64,000 nt of DNA. Source: an uncultured Chitinophaga sp. (lineage in GTDB: Bacteria; Bacteroidota; Bacteroidia; UKL13-3). The notes beneath the pieces are model-generated. The model saw only the letters and a program-made list of their open reading frames with translations, had not been told where the DNA came from and made no database searches. Below, one piece after another: positions 1 to 9,341 of this stretch (position 1 is its first letter; every line of letters starts with the position of its first letter). Location: the NCBI GenBank assembly GCA_964355075.1, contig CAYHCF010000006.1, forward strand, positions 32,821 to 96,820. Direction: 5' to 3'. The translations under genes and the position numbers were made by a program.

Positions 1-1118
1 AACGTGGATCCAGGTTTTGCCTTGGGATCCCGGTAATGACTCCATACAATATTAAAGGTTGTGGTTTTACTGAAGTTTTTGTCTTCCGGCAACCCGTTTT
101 TATTTAAAGCATAATTGGCCGAAAAATATCCGGCATACCGATACCGGTAGGAGTAATTTGATTTTCCGCCTAATTGCCAACTCAAATTTGCAAAAATATC
201 TCCCAGAACAGCAATGTCCAGATGCTCCCCCAGACCCAAATAATAACCGCCTTGCCGTAAAAAATACCCTCTTCCCGGTGCGTTTCCATATGCCGGAATG
301 ATGAGGCCTGATTGTTGCCCGGTTTTAAGCGGAAAAATTCCAAACGGCACAATCAATGGCGTTCTAATATCGGCAATAAACAAATTTGCGGGTCCGGTAA
401 TCACCCTTTTTCCGGGAATAAATTTTAATTTTGATGAGAATATATAAAAATGTGGATTTTCTTCACTGCAGGTTGAATAGGTTGCGTCACGTATGTAAAA
501 ACTATTATTCTCATCACGCTTTACCTTTTCTCCTTTAATATAACCTTCCCCTTCCTGCGTTTTAAACTCTTTCATGATCCCTCTTTTTGTCTCGTAATTA
601 AAGGTGGCTTCTTCTATATTGTATTCAGATGAACCCTGCTTGAAATTCGGCGTATTTATCTTTTTACCGCTGCTGTCTAATTCCCCGATTGCATTTACCG
701 AATTATTCGCCAGATTGATGATAATTCTGGCCGATTTAATATTCAGGTCCTCATATTCAATCTTTGCATTACTGTACAGAGAGGCAGTTTTTTGGCGGGT
801 AGAGTAAACAATCGAATCCTTGGCGAAGTACTTTACTTTTGTTTTAATGGCTGATGGACCACGAGGTAAAAAGTTACTGTCAATTATTAATGAATCATTT
901 TCTGGCGTTTTAATCTTTTTAATGGAATCGTCAAAAATGTAATTGCTTGAAAATAAGGAATTTCTATTTACGGATTTTATATAGTTTGCAGAAATACCTG
1001 CAAAACCGTTTACTTTTGCATAACAATTGCTTGTTTCAAAAAAAAACGGTTCCACAGCCATAAGTATAAAAAAAGTGATTATACAAATGATAAATTGCGT
1101 TCGTGGTAACTTTAACAA
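1..1118 (-). CDS. LptD/OstA-like outer-membrane LPS-assembly protein, N-terminal part (gene runs off the left edge)
   Basis: Absent from the ORF track because it runs off the window edge. My own minus-strand translation is open from 1202 down to base 1 (...RTQFIICIITFFILMAVEPFFFETSNCYAKVNG...FYIRDATYSTCSEENPHFYIFSSKLKFIPGKRVITGPANLFIADIRTPLIVPFGIFP...GYYLGLGEHLDIAVLGDIFANLSW...). A signal-peptide-like stretch lies upstream of ATG 1061, so the start is probably TTG 1118 or ATG 1202. The product call is from recollection of Bacteroidota LptD-like proteins. Confidence 0.6.
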   Translation of the reverse strand, partial: MLKLPRTQFIICIITFFILMAVEPFFFETSNCYAKVNGFAGISANYIKSVNRNSLFSSNYIFDDSIKKIKTPENDSLIIDSNFLPRGPSAIKTKVKYFAKDSIVYSTRQKTASLYSNAKIEYEDLNIKSARIIINLANNSVNAIGELDSSGKKINTPNFKQGSSEYNIEEATFNYETKRGIMKEFKTQEGEGYIKGEKVKRDENNSFYIRDATYSTCSEENPHFYIFSSKLKFIPGKRVITGPANLFIADIRTPLIVPFGIFPLKTGQQSGLIIPAYGNAPGRGYFLRQGGYYLGLGEHLDIAVLGDIFANLSWQLGGKSNYSYRYRYAGYFSANYALNKNGLPEDKNFSKTTTFNIVWSHYRDPKAKPGST

Positions 1119-1123
1119 TTGAT

Positions 1124-1984
1124 ATGAAAATATATTTTTCAAGTTTGCAGGCAAAGCTAAACAAAGTACTGAATTTACCGAAACGCGAAATAATCGTGCC
1201 ATTTGTGTGCTTTTTGGTACTTTTTGCCTCCGCTTCTCACCCAAACGAAAAAAAAACTTTTAAGAAAACAATTTCAACCATTGTAATTGATGCCGGTCAT
1301 GGGGGTGGCGATCCGGGATGCATAAGTGCCGGGATTAAAGAAAAGACGGTTGCACTTACCATGGCATTGGCTTTAGGTGTCAAAATCAGGGAACAAATGC
1401 CGGATGTAAAAATTATATATACACGCTCAACCGATAAATTTGTGGAGCTTTGGGAGCGGGCTGAAATTGCAAATAAGAACAATGCTGATATTTTCATTTC
1501 CTTACATTGCAACTCAACTAAGAACATTGCAGTTTCTGGAACCGAGACTTTTGTAATGGGTCTGCATAAAGCTCAGGATAATCTTGAAGTGGCTGAACGG
1601 GAAAACGAGGTAGTGTTATTGGAAGACAATTATAGTCAGAGATATGAGGGATTTGACCCCAATTCACCCGAATCACATATCTATCTCTCCATGTTTCAAA
1701 ATGCTTTTATGGATCAAAGCATTAAAATTGCCGCTAAAATTGAAAATCAGATTTCATTAGCCAATAAAAGATTGAGCAGAGGCGTTAAACAAGCTGGTTT
1801 TGTGGTGTTATGGAAAACAAAAATGCCAAGCATATTGATTGAAATTGGCTTTTTAAGTAATAAAAAAGATCGTGATTATTTAACCAGTTCAAAGGGCGTT
1901 GAGGATATCTCTTCTTCTATTGCCAATGCCATCGCCGATTATAAGAAATCTTACGAATCTTCTTCAGGGATTAAGATTAATTAG
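1124..1984 (+). CDS. N-acetylmuramoyl-L-alanine amidase (Amidase_3 family)
   Basis: ORF 1103-1984. Motifs VIDAGHGGGDPG, FISLHCNS and ETFVMG, plus the C-terminal LIEIGFLSN, are typical of AmiA/B/C-type zinc amidases. ATG 1124 (MKIYFSS...) is preferred over GTG 1103. Confidence 0.9.
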   Translation: MKIYFSSLQAKLNKVLNLPKREIIVPFVCFLVLFASASHPNEKKTFKKTISTIVIDAGHGGGDPGCISAGIKEKTVALTMALALGVKIREQMPDVKIIYTRSTDKFVELWERAEIANKNNADIFISLHCNSTKNIAVSGTETFVMGLHKAQDNLEVAERENEVVLLEDNYSQRYEGFDPNSPESHIYLSMFQNAFMDQSIKIAAKIENQISLANKRLSRGVKQAGFVVLWKTKMPSILIEIGFLSNKKDRDYLTSSKGVEDISSSIANAIADYKKSYESSSGIKIN

Positions 1985-2058
1985 TTTTAAAAGAGGCAAA
2001 TTCCTTATTTTTGACGTGATTATACAAGAAACGGTGTAAATTTATACATTCCGCTTAA

Positions 2059-2190
2059 GGTATTCAGTAATCGGTAGAAGAAAAGTAATTGGTATAGTTA
2101 TTACCGATTACCGTAGTTCGACAGGCTCACTATGACGGCAAAATTTGTCATTCTGAACTTGAAGGGACCGAATACCGAATACCGAATACC
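2059..2190. repeat. Heptamer-word repeat cluster (GTAATCG / GTATTCG family, both orientations)
   Basis: ggtattcagtaatcggta at 2059-2076. Its inverted copy taccgattac at 2102-2111 complements 2067-2076. A tandem run of about 3.3 copies of TACCGAA lies at 2168-2190. Confidence 0.8.
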
Positions 2191-2323
2191 TTTTCAGGTA
2201 AATGGCCGAATTTATCCCGTTTTCAGTATTATTAGTTTGGAATTTGGACAAGACTATCAAACCGCCCTTATAGTGGGTAGTTTTGGTTTTAGCTATTCAA
2301 TAAATGTTGAGCCCTATATCTAA

Positions 2324-3346
2324 ATGATGAAAATATCAAAAGAATTAAAAATCGGATTATTTGCCGCCATAGCTTTGGCATTTTTGTATTTTGGTTACAA
2401 CTTTTTAAGGGGAAAAAGGCTTTTTGGTAATTCAAAAACCTACTATGTTGTTTATGGAAACATAAGCGGTGTTGTAAAATCAACTCCTATCTATTACAAA
2501 GGATTGAAGGTGGGAATGATTGATAAACTGGAACTTATAAAGCTTCGGGACGAAAATAAAATTCTTGCTACCTTAGTGATTGACGACGAAATCATCATAT
2601 CAAAAAGTAGTGAAGCTAAAATTATCAGCCAGGATTTATTAGGTGGAAAATCCATTTCAATGATTGTCCCCGATTTGAAGGAGCCTTTAGCTGAAGGAGA
2701 TACTGTTTTGGGAACCGACGAAACAAGTTTAACCGCCTCCATTTCTGAACTGATGACTCCTATAAAAGAGAAAACAGAAAATGTGATGGTATCCTTAAAT
2801 AATGTACTGATTGAAATTCATAAGGTAATGAAAAACAAGGGCACCGATAATTTATCGGCTGGTATCGGTGATTTATCTGAAACACTCAAGAATCTAAATT
2901 CGGCCTCCACCACCCTTAACAATATGCTCAAATCAGAAAGTGTAAAAATCAGTAAAGTTCTTGCCAATTTCGAATCTATTTCTTCCAATATCAATGCGAA
3001 TAACAGTAATATCAATTCAAGTTTGGGCAATATTAAAAAACTCACGGATTCCTTATCGCAAGCTCCTTTAAAATCAACCATTGAACAATTGAACCGAACC
3101 TCTCAGCAACTTGCCATCATCACACAGAAGTTAAATTCAGGAGAGGGAAGCGCCGGAAAATTGATTAATGATAAACAGCTTTACGATAATTTGAACCAGT
3201 CAACATTTGAATTGCAGGCCCTCTTAAAAGACATGCGCGAATACCCGGGTCGTTATGTAAATGTTTCCGTATTTGGAGGTGGAGCAAAAAGTGCAGACAA
3301 AAAGCGTGAAGCCGACCTGAAGAAACAATCAAAAATGAGTAAATAA
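2324..3346 (+). CDS. MlaD/MCE-family lipid-transport protein
   Basis: 340-aa ORF with an N-terminal TM helix (LKIGLFAAIALAFLYFGYNFL), an MCE-like beta domain (YYVVYGNISGVVKSTPIYYKGLKVGMIDKLEL) and a long Asn/Ser/Leu-rich coiled-coil tail. Confidence 0.8.
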   Translation: MMKISKELKIGLFAAIALAFLYFGYNFLRGKRLFGNSKTYYVVYGNISGVVKSTPIYYKGLKVGMIDKLELIKLRDENKILATLVIDDEIIISKSSEAKIISQDLLGGKSISMIVPDLKEPLAEGDTVLGTDETSLTASISELMTPIKEKTENVMVSLNNVLIEIHKVMKNKGTDNLSAGIGDLSETLKNLNSASTTLNNMLKSESVKISKVLANFESISSNINANNSNINSSLGNIKKLTDSLSQAPLKSTIEQLNRTSQQLAIITQKLNSGEGSAGKLINDKQLYDNLNQSTFELQALLKDMREYPGRYVNVSVFGGGAKSADKKREADLKKQSKMSK

Positions 3347-3350
3347 CTTT

Positions 3351-3572
3351 ATGAGCAAAAACAATAAAAGCTTACTAACATTTATTCTTGGAGCCGCAAT
3401 CGGTTCAGCCCTAACCTACTTGTTTACCAGCCAAAAAGGAAAAGCTATTTTAAGTGACGCCAAAGAAAAGAGCCGCGATATGAAGAATACCATGAAGAAT
3501 GAAATGGTGAAAGGGAGATTTTTGTTTGAAACTTTAAAGAACTGGTTGAATCGAAATGCATCCAATACTTGA
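3351..3572 (+). CDS. YtxH-like small membrane-anchored protein
   Basis: 73-aa ORF starting 4 nt after mlaD. LLTFILGAAIGSALTYLFTSQKGK followed by a charged helix matches the YtxH pattern. Confidence 0.6.
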   Translation: MSKNNKSLLTFILGAAIGSALTYLFTSQKGKAILSDAKEKSRDMKNTMKNEMVKGRFLFETLKNWLNRNASNT

Positions 3573-3647
3573 GCGTTTTCCTACCGCAGAAAATTTAATC
3601 TAATAGTAAGGGAATCCATCTTGTGGCGGAACATACTGACAGCACAA

Positions 3648-4955
3648 CTATCTTTCCTTTTGTTCCAACAACCATTTCCAAACAGGTTTAATGATAATTC
3701 GGCGGCCTTCCGCAGTTGTTTCGTATTCTTCATCCTCGGTAAGTATGGTTCCTTCATTCAACCCATATGTATCAAGGGCTTCCTTTAATCCTTCCAGTTC
3801 CCGCTTTTTGGTCTCTTCATCCTGCAAGGCACGGCATACTTGTATAGCTTGGCTGATGTTTAGTCCATCTTTTATTACGAAGTCACATTCCTTTTTCCCC
3901 TGATGGAAATATACCTCATTCCCCTTTCGCAACAATTCAATAAAAACAAGATTTTCAAGATACCGTCCATAGTCTTCCGAAATCCTAAAGGAGGTATTGG
4001 TAAGTATTCCATTGTCGATGCAGTAAACTTTGCGGCGATTGGCAAATTGCCTGTTCAGTGAGTGGTTGTATTGAAATACTTCGAACAACAGAAAAGTATC
4101 TTTCAGGTATTCGAAATACTTATCGGCCAGATCGTATGAAAGTGTGAGTGATACTCTTACTTTATTCAGGTTAAATGGTTTGGCTATGTTGGATAATAAA
4201 TAAAGTGCTACTTTTTTAACGCTGTCGTAGTTTTTGAGGTTGTAGCGGGCTACTATATCTTTCAGGATAATGGTTTCGTAATACATGATGATTTCCTGCC
4301 GCCTCAAATTCTCGTCAAGAGAACATGCTTTCGGGAAACCGCCCCCTTTGAGGTACTCATAGAGGGCTATTTTATAAACTAATTTCTGTGTGATCAGTGA
4401 AATTTTGTCTGGTGTAGGCTGATCCTTAAACAGAAGGTACTCCCTGAAACTTAGTGGAAAAACATTGATAGCAAGAAACCTGCCGCTTAGGGCTGTGCCA
4501 AATTCGCGACTAAGAAGTTTTGAAGATGAACCAGTTACATAAAATTGCGCCCTTTTTAGTTCATAACCTGTAAGTACCCATTTTTCCCATTGCGCTACAT
4601 GCTGCACTTCGTCCAGAAAAATATGTGGCTTTGTTTCGTTGTTGACAAACTCTTTGTAAACCTCAAAAATCTGTTCCAGCAATTCGCTGTTCAGCTCACC
4701 GTCGAAACGTGGGTCTTCAAAATTAACGAATAGCACCTCCTTTTTATTCACCCTCATGCCGGCCAGGTGCCGGATATGGTTGATCAATAATGTTGATTTC
4801 CCTGATCTGCGGATTCCTTTCAGCACGATAATTTCCCCGGTTGACAGGTAATTATTTATTTTTTCCTGGTATTCGTCCCTTGTAAAAAACTCCGGAATTG
4901 GTTTATCCCAGTAGTTCCAGTCGTTAAGTATGCCGAATAATTTATTCTTGTCCAT
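3648..4955 (-). CDS. AAA-family ATPase with C-terminal DUF4143 / PD-(D/E)xK-like domain
   Basis: 435-aa ORF with Walker A VLKGIRRSGKST and Walker B IFLDEVQ. The C-terminal ENLVFIELLRKG...KECDFVIKDG...AIQVC resembles the AAA_14+DUF4143 family. Confidence 0.8.
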   Translation of the reverse strand: MDKNKLFGILNDWNYWDKPIPEFFTRDEYQEKINNYLSTGEIIVLKGIRRSGKSTLLINHIRHLAGMRVNKKEVLFVNFEDPRFDGELNSELLEQIFEVYKEFVNNETKPHIFLDEVQHVAQWEKWVLTGYELKRAQFYVTGSSSKLLSREFGTALSGRFLAINVFPLSFREYLLFKDQPTPDKISLITQKLVYKIALYEYLKGGGFPKACSLDENLRRQEIIMYYETIILKDIVARYNLKNYDSVKKVALYLLSNIAKPFNLNKVRVSLTLSYDLADKYFEYLKDTFLLFEVFQYNHSLNRQFANRRKVYCIDNGILTNTSFRISEDYGRYLENLVFIELLRKGNEVYFHQGKKECDFVIKDGLNISQAIQVCRALQDEETKKRELEGLKEALDTYGLNEGTILTEDEEYETTAEGRRIIIKPVWKWLLEQKER

Positions 4956-5132
4956 GGGGTTTGCATTTGCAAGTTCAAAGATATAAATATTTCTGTTAAC
5001 TGAAACAATAACATATAAAAATTTTCATTATACAGAATTTTTGTTGAGTAAATAGCTCCAAATTATCAAACATTAATAGTTTGTATGTTAAATATATTCT
5101 TGTAAAATTGAAGTGGGAATTGGAGCCTATGC

Positions 5133-5414
5133 TTGTTTAACCTGGCATCCGGATTTCCGTGCCCGGGTTGTGGAATGGGTCGTGCTACGCTTGCCATATT
5201 AAATGGCGATATCCCACTATCATTTTCTTATAATATTCTATGTATTCCATTTACTTTTACAATAATTATTTCACTCTGCTGGGCTGCATTTGATCTTTTT
5301 ACCGTACAAAAAACTTTCTTAAAATTTATTAAACAAGACCTGAAATTAAAACATAAATTCTTATTATTTGGACTCATTCTGACTGACTGGACACTAAATA
5401 TAATCCGACTTTAA
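5133..5414 (+). CDS. DUF2752-family membrane protein, apparently N-terminally short
   Basis: 93-aa ORF with the CPGCGMGRA motif followed by two hydrophobic helices. The only start is TTG 5133, and an in-frame stop lies at 5109. A Cys codon at 5130-5132, where the family's first conserved Cys would fall, lies upstream of any usable start. Confidence 0.5.
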   Translation: MFNLASGFPCPGCGMGRATLAILNGDIPLSFSYNILCIPFTFTIIISLCWAAFDLFTVQKTFLKFIKQDLKLKHKFLLFGLILTDWTLNIIRL

Positions 5415-5421
5415 CTTATAT

Positions 5422-5529
5422 ACTTTCCTGCTTTCCTATTTCCTATTTTCTACTTTCAATTTTTCATTTCCCATTTCCCATTTCCCATTTTCCATTTTCC
5501 ATTTTCAATTTCCCGTTTTCAATTTCAAA
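5422..5529. repeat. Tandem heptamer tract (~15 units, ATTTYCM)
   Basis: ...ctttcct atttcct attttct actttca ... atttccc atttccc atttccc attttcc attttcc attttca atttccc gttttca atttcaa. It fills the whole spacer between convergent DUF2752 and GH31 genes. Confidence 0.9.
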
Positions 5530-5530
5530 C

Positions 5531-7927
5531 CTACCTCAGTATAATCCTTTTAAATAGCTTATCTGCTTTTATTTTGATGGTTCCTACGGCAAAATTTCTT
5601 TCATTCAGTTTGTTGATTTTTCCATCAATTACATATTCATTGCAATCGAATGGCATGCCATGAAATACTACTTTATAGTTCTTGTAGCTCGATTCATAAT
5701 TGCCATCTTCCAGGATATGTGAAATAATCAGGTTTTTAGTGTTTCCACTCACATAAAAACGGTGTTGATTGCAGATTCCGGCCTTGTAACCATAGTTATC
5801 CCCTGCATCTTCGTATAACATGCTCAGCACCTCGCTGTCTTTCGTATAATATACATGAAGGGTTAATTCGGTCACTTCGATTTCTCCCACGTATTGCATT
5901 TTTGGGAAGTAAGGGATAACAGCACCGGCCCGGATAAAAACAGGAATCCTGTCAATCGGACAAGTAATATTGTATTCCTTATTACCTTTATAACTGTGAT
6001 CATTCCATAAGTGATACCAGAAACCCTTCGGTAAAAAAACAGTCCTTTCGTTTGTACTTGGATGCAAAACCGGGCAAACTAAAATATGGTCGCCAAAACC
6101 GAATTCGTCCATACGGTTCAGGGTATCCAGATTCTCTTGTTCCAAATAGGCCAAAGGCCTGATTATGGGTGTTCCATAAGTGGTATGTTGCCAGAATGAA
6201 GTGTAAATATAGGGTAGTAATTGGTATCGTAGATGAAGAAATTTTTTGACAATAAACTCATACTTACTTCCGAAGCTCCAGGGTTCCTGATTAAATTGAG
6301 TCTCATTTCCTGCACTGTGTGTCCTGAAAAAGGTATGGAAAGTAGCTAATTGAATCCAACGGGTATATAGTTCTCCATCAGGTTCCCCGATAAAACCGCC
6401 CACATCGCTGCCGGCAAATGATATTCCAGAAACTGCCAATCTTTGACATTGTACATTCGCGATCCAGAGATGTTCCCAGGTGGCGGTATTATCTCCTGTC
6501 CACACACTGGAATAACGTTGCAAACCACTATATCCCGAACGGGTAATTACAAAGGGTCTGTTAGGCATCAAAAATTTTCTTAACCCATGGTAGGTCGCCC
6601 TTGCCATTTGCATTCCGTAAATATTATGCGCCTTCCTGTGGCTGCAATGATTCCCGTCATAATTATGTCTGACATCCTCCGGGAAGGATCCGATTTCAAA
6701 AACTGCCGGTTCATTCATATCATTCCAAACTCCTCTAACGCCAACGTCAATTAGCCCTTTAAATAAACCGCTCCACCATTCACGTACCAGTGGATTGGTG
6801 AAATCGGGAAAGTGGCATTTACCAGGCCAAACATCTCCTTCCATCAGCGTACCATCTGCCCGTTTACAAAAATAATCTTTCAAAATACCCTGCTGCCAGA
6901 TATCGTAATTTTTATCAATTTTAATACCCGGATCAATAATTACTACGGTTTTAAAACCTATATCTGCCAATTCTCTCAATAGTTTTTTCGGTTCAGGAAA
7001 ATGTTCCGGACTCCAGGTAAAACAACGAAATTCATCCATGTAATCGATATCCAGATAAATTACATCACAGGGGATTTTACGATATCTAAACTCTTCGGCA
7101 ATTTCTTTGACTTTGGTATCCGGGAAATAACTCCACTTACATTGATGATAACCTAAAGCCCATAATGGAGGGAGCTCATGAGTGCCGGTTAACAGTGCAT
7201 ATTGCTCAACTACATTTATTAAATCAGGGCCATATATAAAATAGTAATTCATTTCGCCGCCGCGCGCCCAAAAACTTAATATTTCATTTTGCTCTTTGCC
7301 AAAATCAAAAATCGTTCGGAAGGTGTTGTCAAAAAATATCCCGTATCCTTGTTTTCCTTCACTGTGTAATCCGGTGTAAAATGGAATGTTTTTATATAAA
7401 GGATCCTGATCTTTTTCAAAGCCGTAAACGTCCTGTCCGTAATTTTCAAAATATTTTCCCCGGATATTAAACTCAGTGGGTTTATCACCCATACCATAAA
7501 ATACCTCATCAGATCTTATTTTTTTACTGCAATAGTTGATTTTTCCACCTTTTTGAAGATAATGTTGCCAGTGAAATCCCATCTCATCTTCAAGTATGAT
7601 CTCGCGGTTCTTATCCATTAAGGTAATGGCCAGATTTTTTTTATTGATCTTACAAATTACCCGGGTAGTTTCTATTTCATAATAACCCTTGTGTTCACTG
7701 AAGTTTACCGATATTATCTGTTCTTTAAAAGATATATTTATAGCATAAGAAAAATCTTTTTGAAAAAAACCATCGGCTGCATACCTGAACCTGAAAATTT
7801 TGTCCGTTTCAAGTTTTATTTCTAAAATTGTTTCCTGTGTATAAAAATAATAGAAGTTTCCCTCTTTCCGGTATGATAAAACCTGACCGGGATAATATTT
7901 TTCAGAATACTTAGATTTTGCCTGCAT
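5531..7927 (-). CDS. Glycoside hydrolase family 31 alpha-glucosidase
   Basis: 798-aa ORF with the GH31 nucleophile region GVWNDMNEPAVF, the acid/base-region-like SGYSGLQRYSSVWTGDN, and FAGSDVGGF. Confidence 0.9.
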   Translation of the reverse strand: MQAKSKYSEKYYPGQVLSYRKEGNFYYFYTQETILEIKLETDKIFRFRYAADGFFQKDFSYAINISFKEQIISVNFSEHKGYYEIETTRVICKINKKNLAITLMDKNREIILEDEMGFHWQHYLQKGGKINYCSKKIRSDEVFYGMGDKPTEFNIRGKYFENYGQDVYGFEKDQDPLYKNIPFYTGLHSEGKQGYGIFFDNTFRTIFDFGKEQNEILSFWARGGEMNYYFIYGPDLINVVEQYALLTGTHELPPLWALGYHQCKWSYFPDTKVKEIAEEFRYRKIPCDVIYLDIDYMDEFRCFTWSPEHFPEPKKLLRELADIGFKTVVIIDPGIKIDKNYDIWQQGILKDYFCKRADGTLMEGDVWPGKCHFPDFTNPLVREWWSGLFKGLIDVGVRGVWNDMNEPAVFEIGSFPEDVRHNYDGNHCSHRKAHNIYGMQMARATYHGLRKFLMPNRPFVITRSGYSGLQRYSSVWTGDNTATWEHLWIANVQCQRLAVSGISFAGSDVGGFIGEPDGELYTRWIQLATFHTFFRTHSAGNETQFNQEPWSFGSKYEFIVKKFLHLRYQLLPYIYTSFWQHTTYGTPIIRPLAYLEQENLDTLNRMDEFGFGDHILVCPVLHPSTNERTVFLPKGFWYHLWNDHSYKGNKEYNITCPIDRIPVFIRAGAVIPYFPKMQYVGEIEVTELTLHVYYTKDSEVLSMLYEDAGDNYGYKAGICNQHRFYVSGNTKNLIISHILEDGNYESSYKNYKVVFHGMPFDCNEYVIDGKINKLNERNFAVGTIKIKADKLFKRIILR

Positions 7928-8024
7928 AAGTTACTTTTCGGATTGAAATTTTTTAAATAGGAAACTAGTCGTATTTTGCCCGTGCAATCTAATCATAGTT
8001 TCTGAAAAGTTAAATATTGAACTT

Positions 8025-9320
8025 TTGAACAAAAAAAGAATTAAGACCTTAATGTTTGGATGGGAATTTCCACCAGTGATTTCGGGTGGATTAGGAGTTG
8101 CGACCCTCGGCTTGTGCAAAGCATTAGCACCATTAGCCGATGTAAAAATGATCATCCCCAAGAGTATTCCTGATTTTAATATTCCTAATATTGAATTGAT
8201 TGGACTTAACAGTATAACTGGCAGACAATTGAAAGATCTTTTTCAAAAAGAATCTTACTATACCTTTCAGGAAAGCAAATACAATAACGGTTTTGGTTTT
8301 GGCCCATATACACGAATACCTGAAAATGAATTCATTAATCAAAAATTTTATGATGTTTTTCATGAGGATATTAAGCCTTTTGAAATTGACGATTTATATG
8401 GGGGTGATGTCATAAAAAATGTGATTGAATTTGCCAGGATATCTGTACAATTATGCTTAAGGAAGAAATTTGATATCATTCATGCACATGACTGGATGAC
8501 TTTTTTGCCTGCAATGGAGTTGAAAATTCGTACAGGTAAACCCCTGGTATTACATATTCATTCAACCGAATACGACCGATCGGGCGAAGACAGTATCAAT
8601 TGGGTATATGATCTGGAAAAAAGAGCCATGGAATTGGCCGATCGGGTAATAACGGTCAGCCATTATACCGGCGAAATTTGCACCAGACATTATGGAGTTG
8701 ATCCTAAAAAGATTATGCCGGTTCACAATGGGATTGAAACGATCATGCATACGGTTAAGAAAAGTCCTATTGATGAAAAATTGGTTATATTTTTTGGAAG
8801 GGTAACCATGCAAAAAGGTCCTGATTTTTTTGTGGAAGCCGCAAAGTTGGTTTTACAAAAACATGAAAACGTGAAATTTGTGATGGCAGGAAGCGGTAAC
8901 TTATTGAATTCTATTATTGAAAAATCGGCTGCTTATGGTTTAGGAGATAAGTTCTTTTTTACAGGATTTTTGAACAAAAAGATGCTCAACGAACTATTGG
9001 CAATTGCCGATGTTTATTGTATGCCAAGTGTGAGTGAGCCTTTCGGTTTAAGTGCGGTAGAAGCCGTTCAGTATGGAATTCCTACTTTAATTTCAAAAAC
9101 CTCGGGAGTGGCAGAAGCTTTAGGTGGTGCCTTAAAGTTTGATTATTGGGATGTCCATAAGTTTGCACAATACATAATTGCCTCACTGGATTATAAGGGT
9201 TTAAAAAAAAGTGTTGTAAATGCAAATAACGAGAGCCTCAAATCTATTACCTGGGAAATTTGTGCCGAGCAGGTTATGCATGTTTATCAATCCATTTTTG
9301 ACGAATTTCCCGAAAAATGA
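8025..9320 (+). CDS. Glycogen-synthase-like retaining glycosyltransferase (GT4/GT5 type)
   Basis: 431-aa ORF with N-terminal FGWEFPPVISGGLGVA and C-terminal CMPSVSEPFGLSAVEA, flanked by GH31 and GH57 genes. The ORF starts at TTG 8025; ATG 8052 is an alternative. Confidence 0.8.
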   Translation: MNKKRIKTLMFGWEFPPVISGGLGVATLGLCKALAPLADVKMIIPKSIPDFNIPNIELIGLNSITGRQLKDLFQKESYYTFQESKYNNGFGFGPYTRIPENEFINQKFYDVFHEDIKPFEIDDLYGGDVIKNVIEFARISVQLCLRKKFDIIHAHDWMTFLPAMELKIRTGKPLVLHIHSTEYDRSGEDSINWVYDLEKRAMELADRVITVSHYTGEICTRHYGVDPKKIMPVHNGIETIMHTVKKSPIDEKLVIFFGRVTMQKGPDFFVEAAKLVLQKHENVKFVMAGSGNLLNSIIEKSAAYGLGDKFFFTGFLNKKMLNELLAIADVYCMPSVSEPFGLSAVEAVQYGIPTLISKTSGVAEALGGALKFDYWDVHKFAQYIIASLDYKGLKKSVVNANNESLKSITWEICAEQVMHVYQSIFDEFPEK

Positions 9321-9341
9321 TTTCCATAAATTAATTATAAT

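Noticed and set aside
2132-2323. A 63-aa plus-strand ORF between the amidase and mlaD genes.
   Set aside because: It begins inside the dispersed repeat element and reads through the TACCGAA tandem run (…GPNTEYRIPFQ…). It has no recognisable features and is most likely non-coding.
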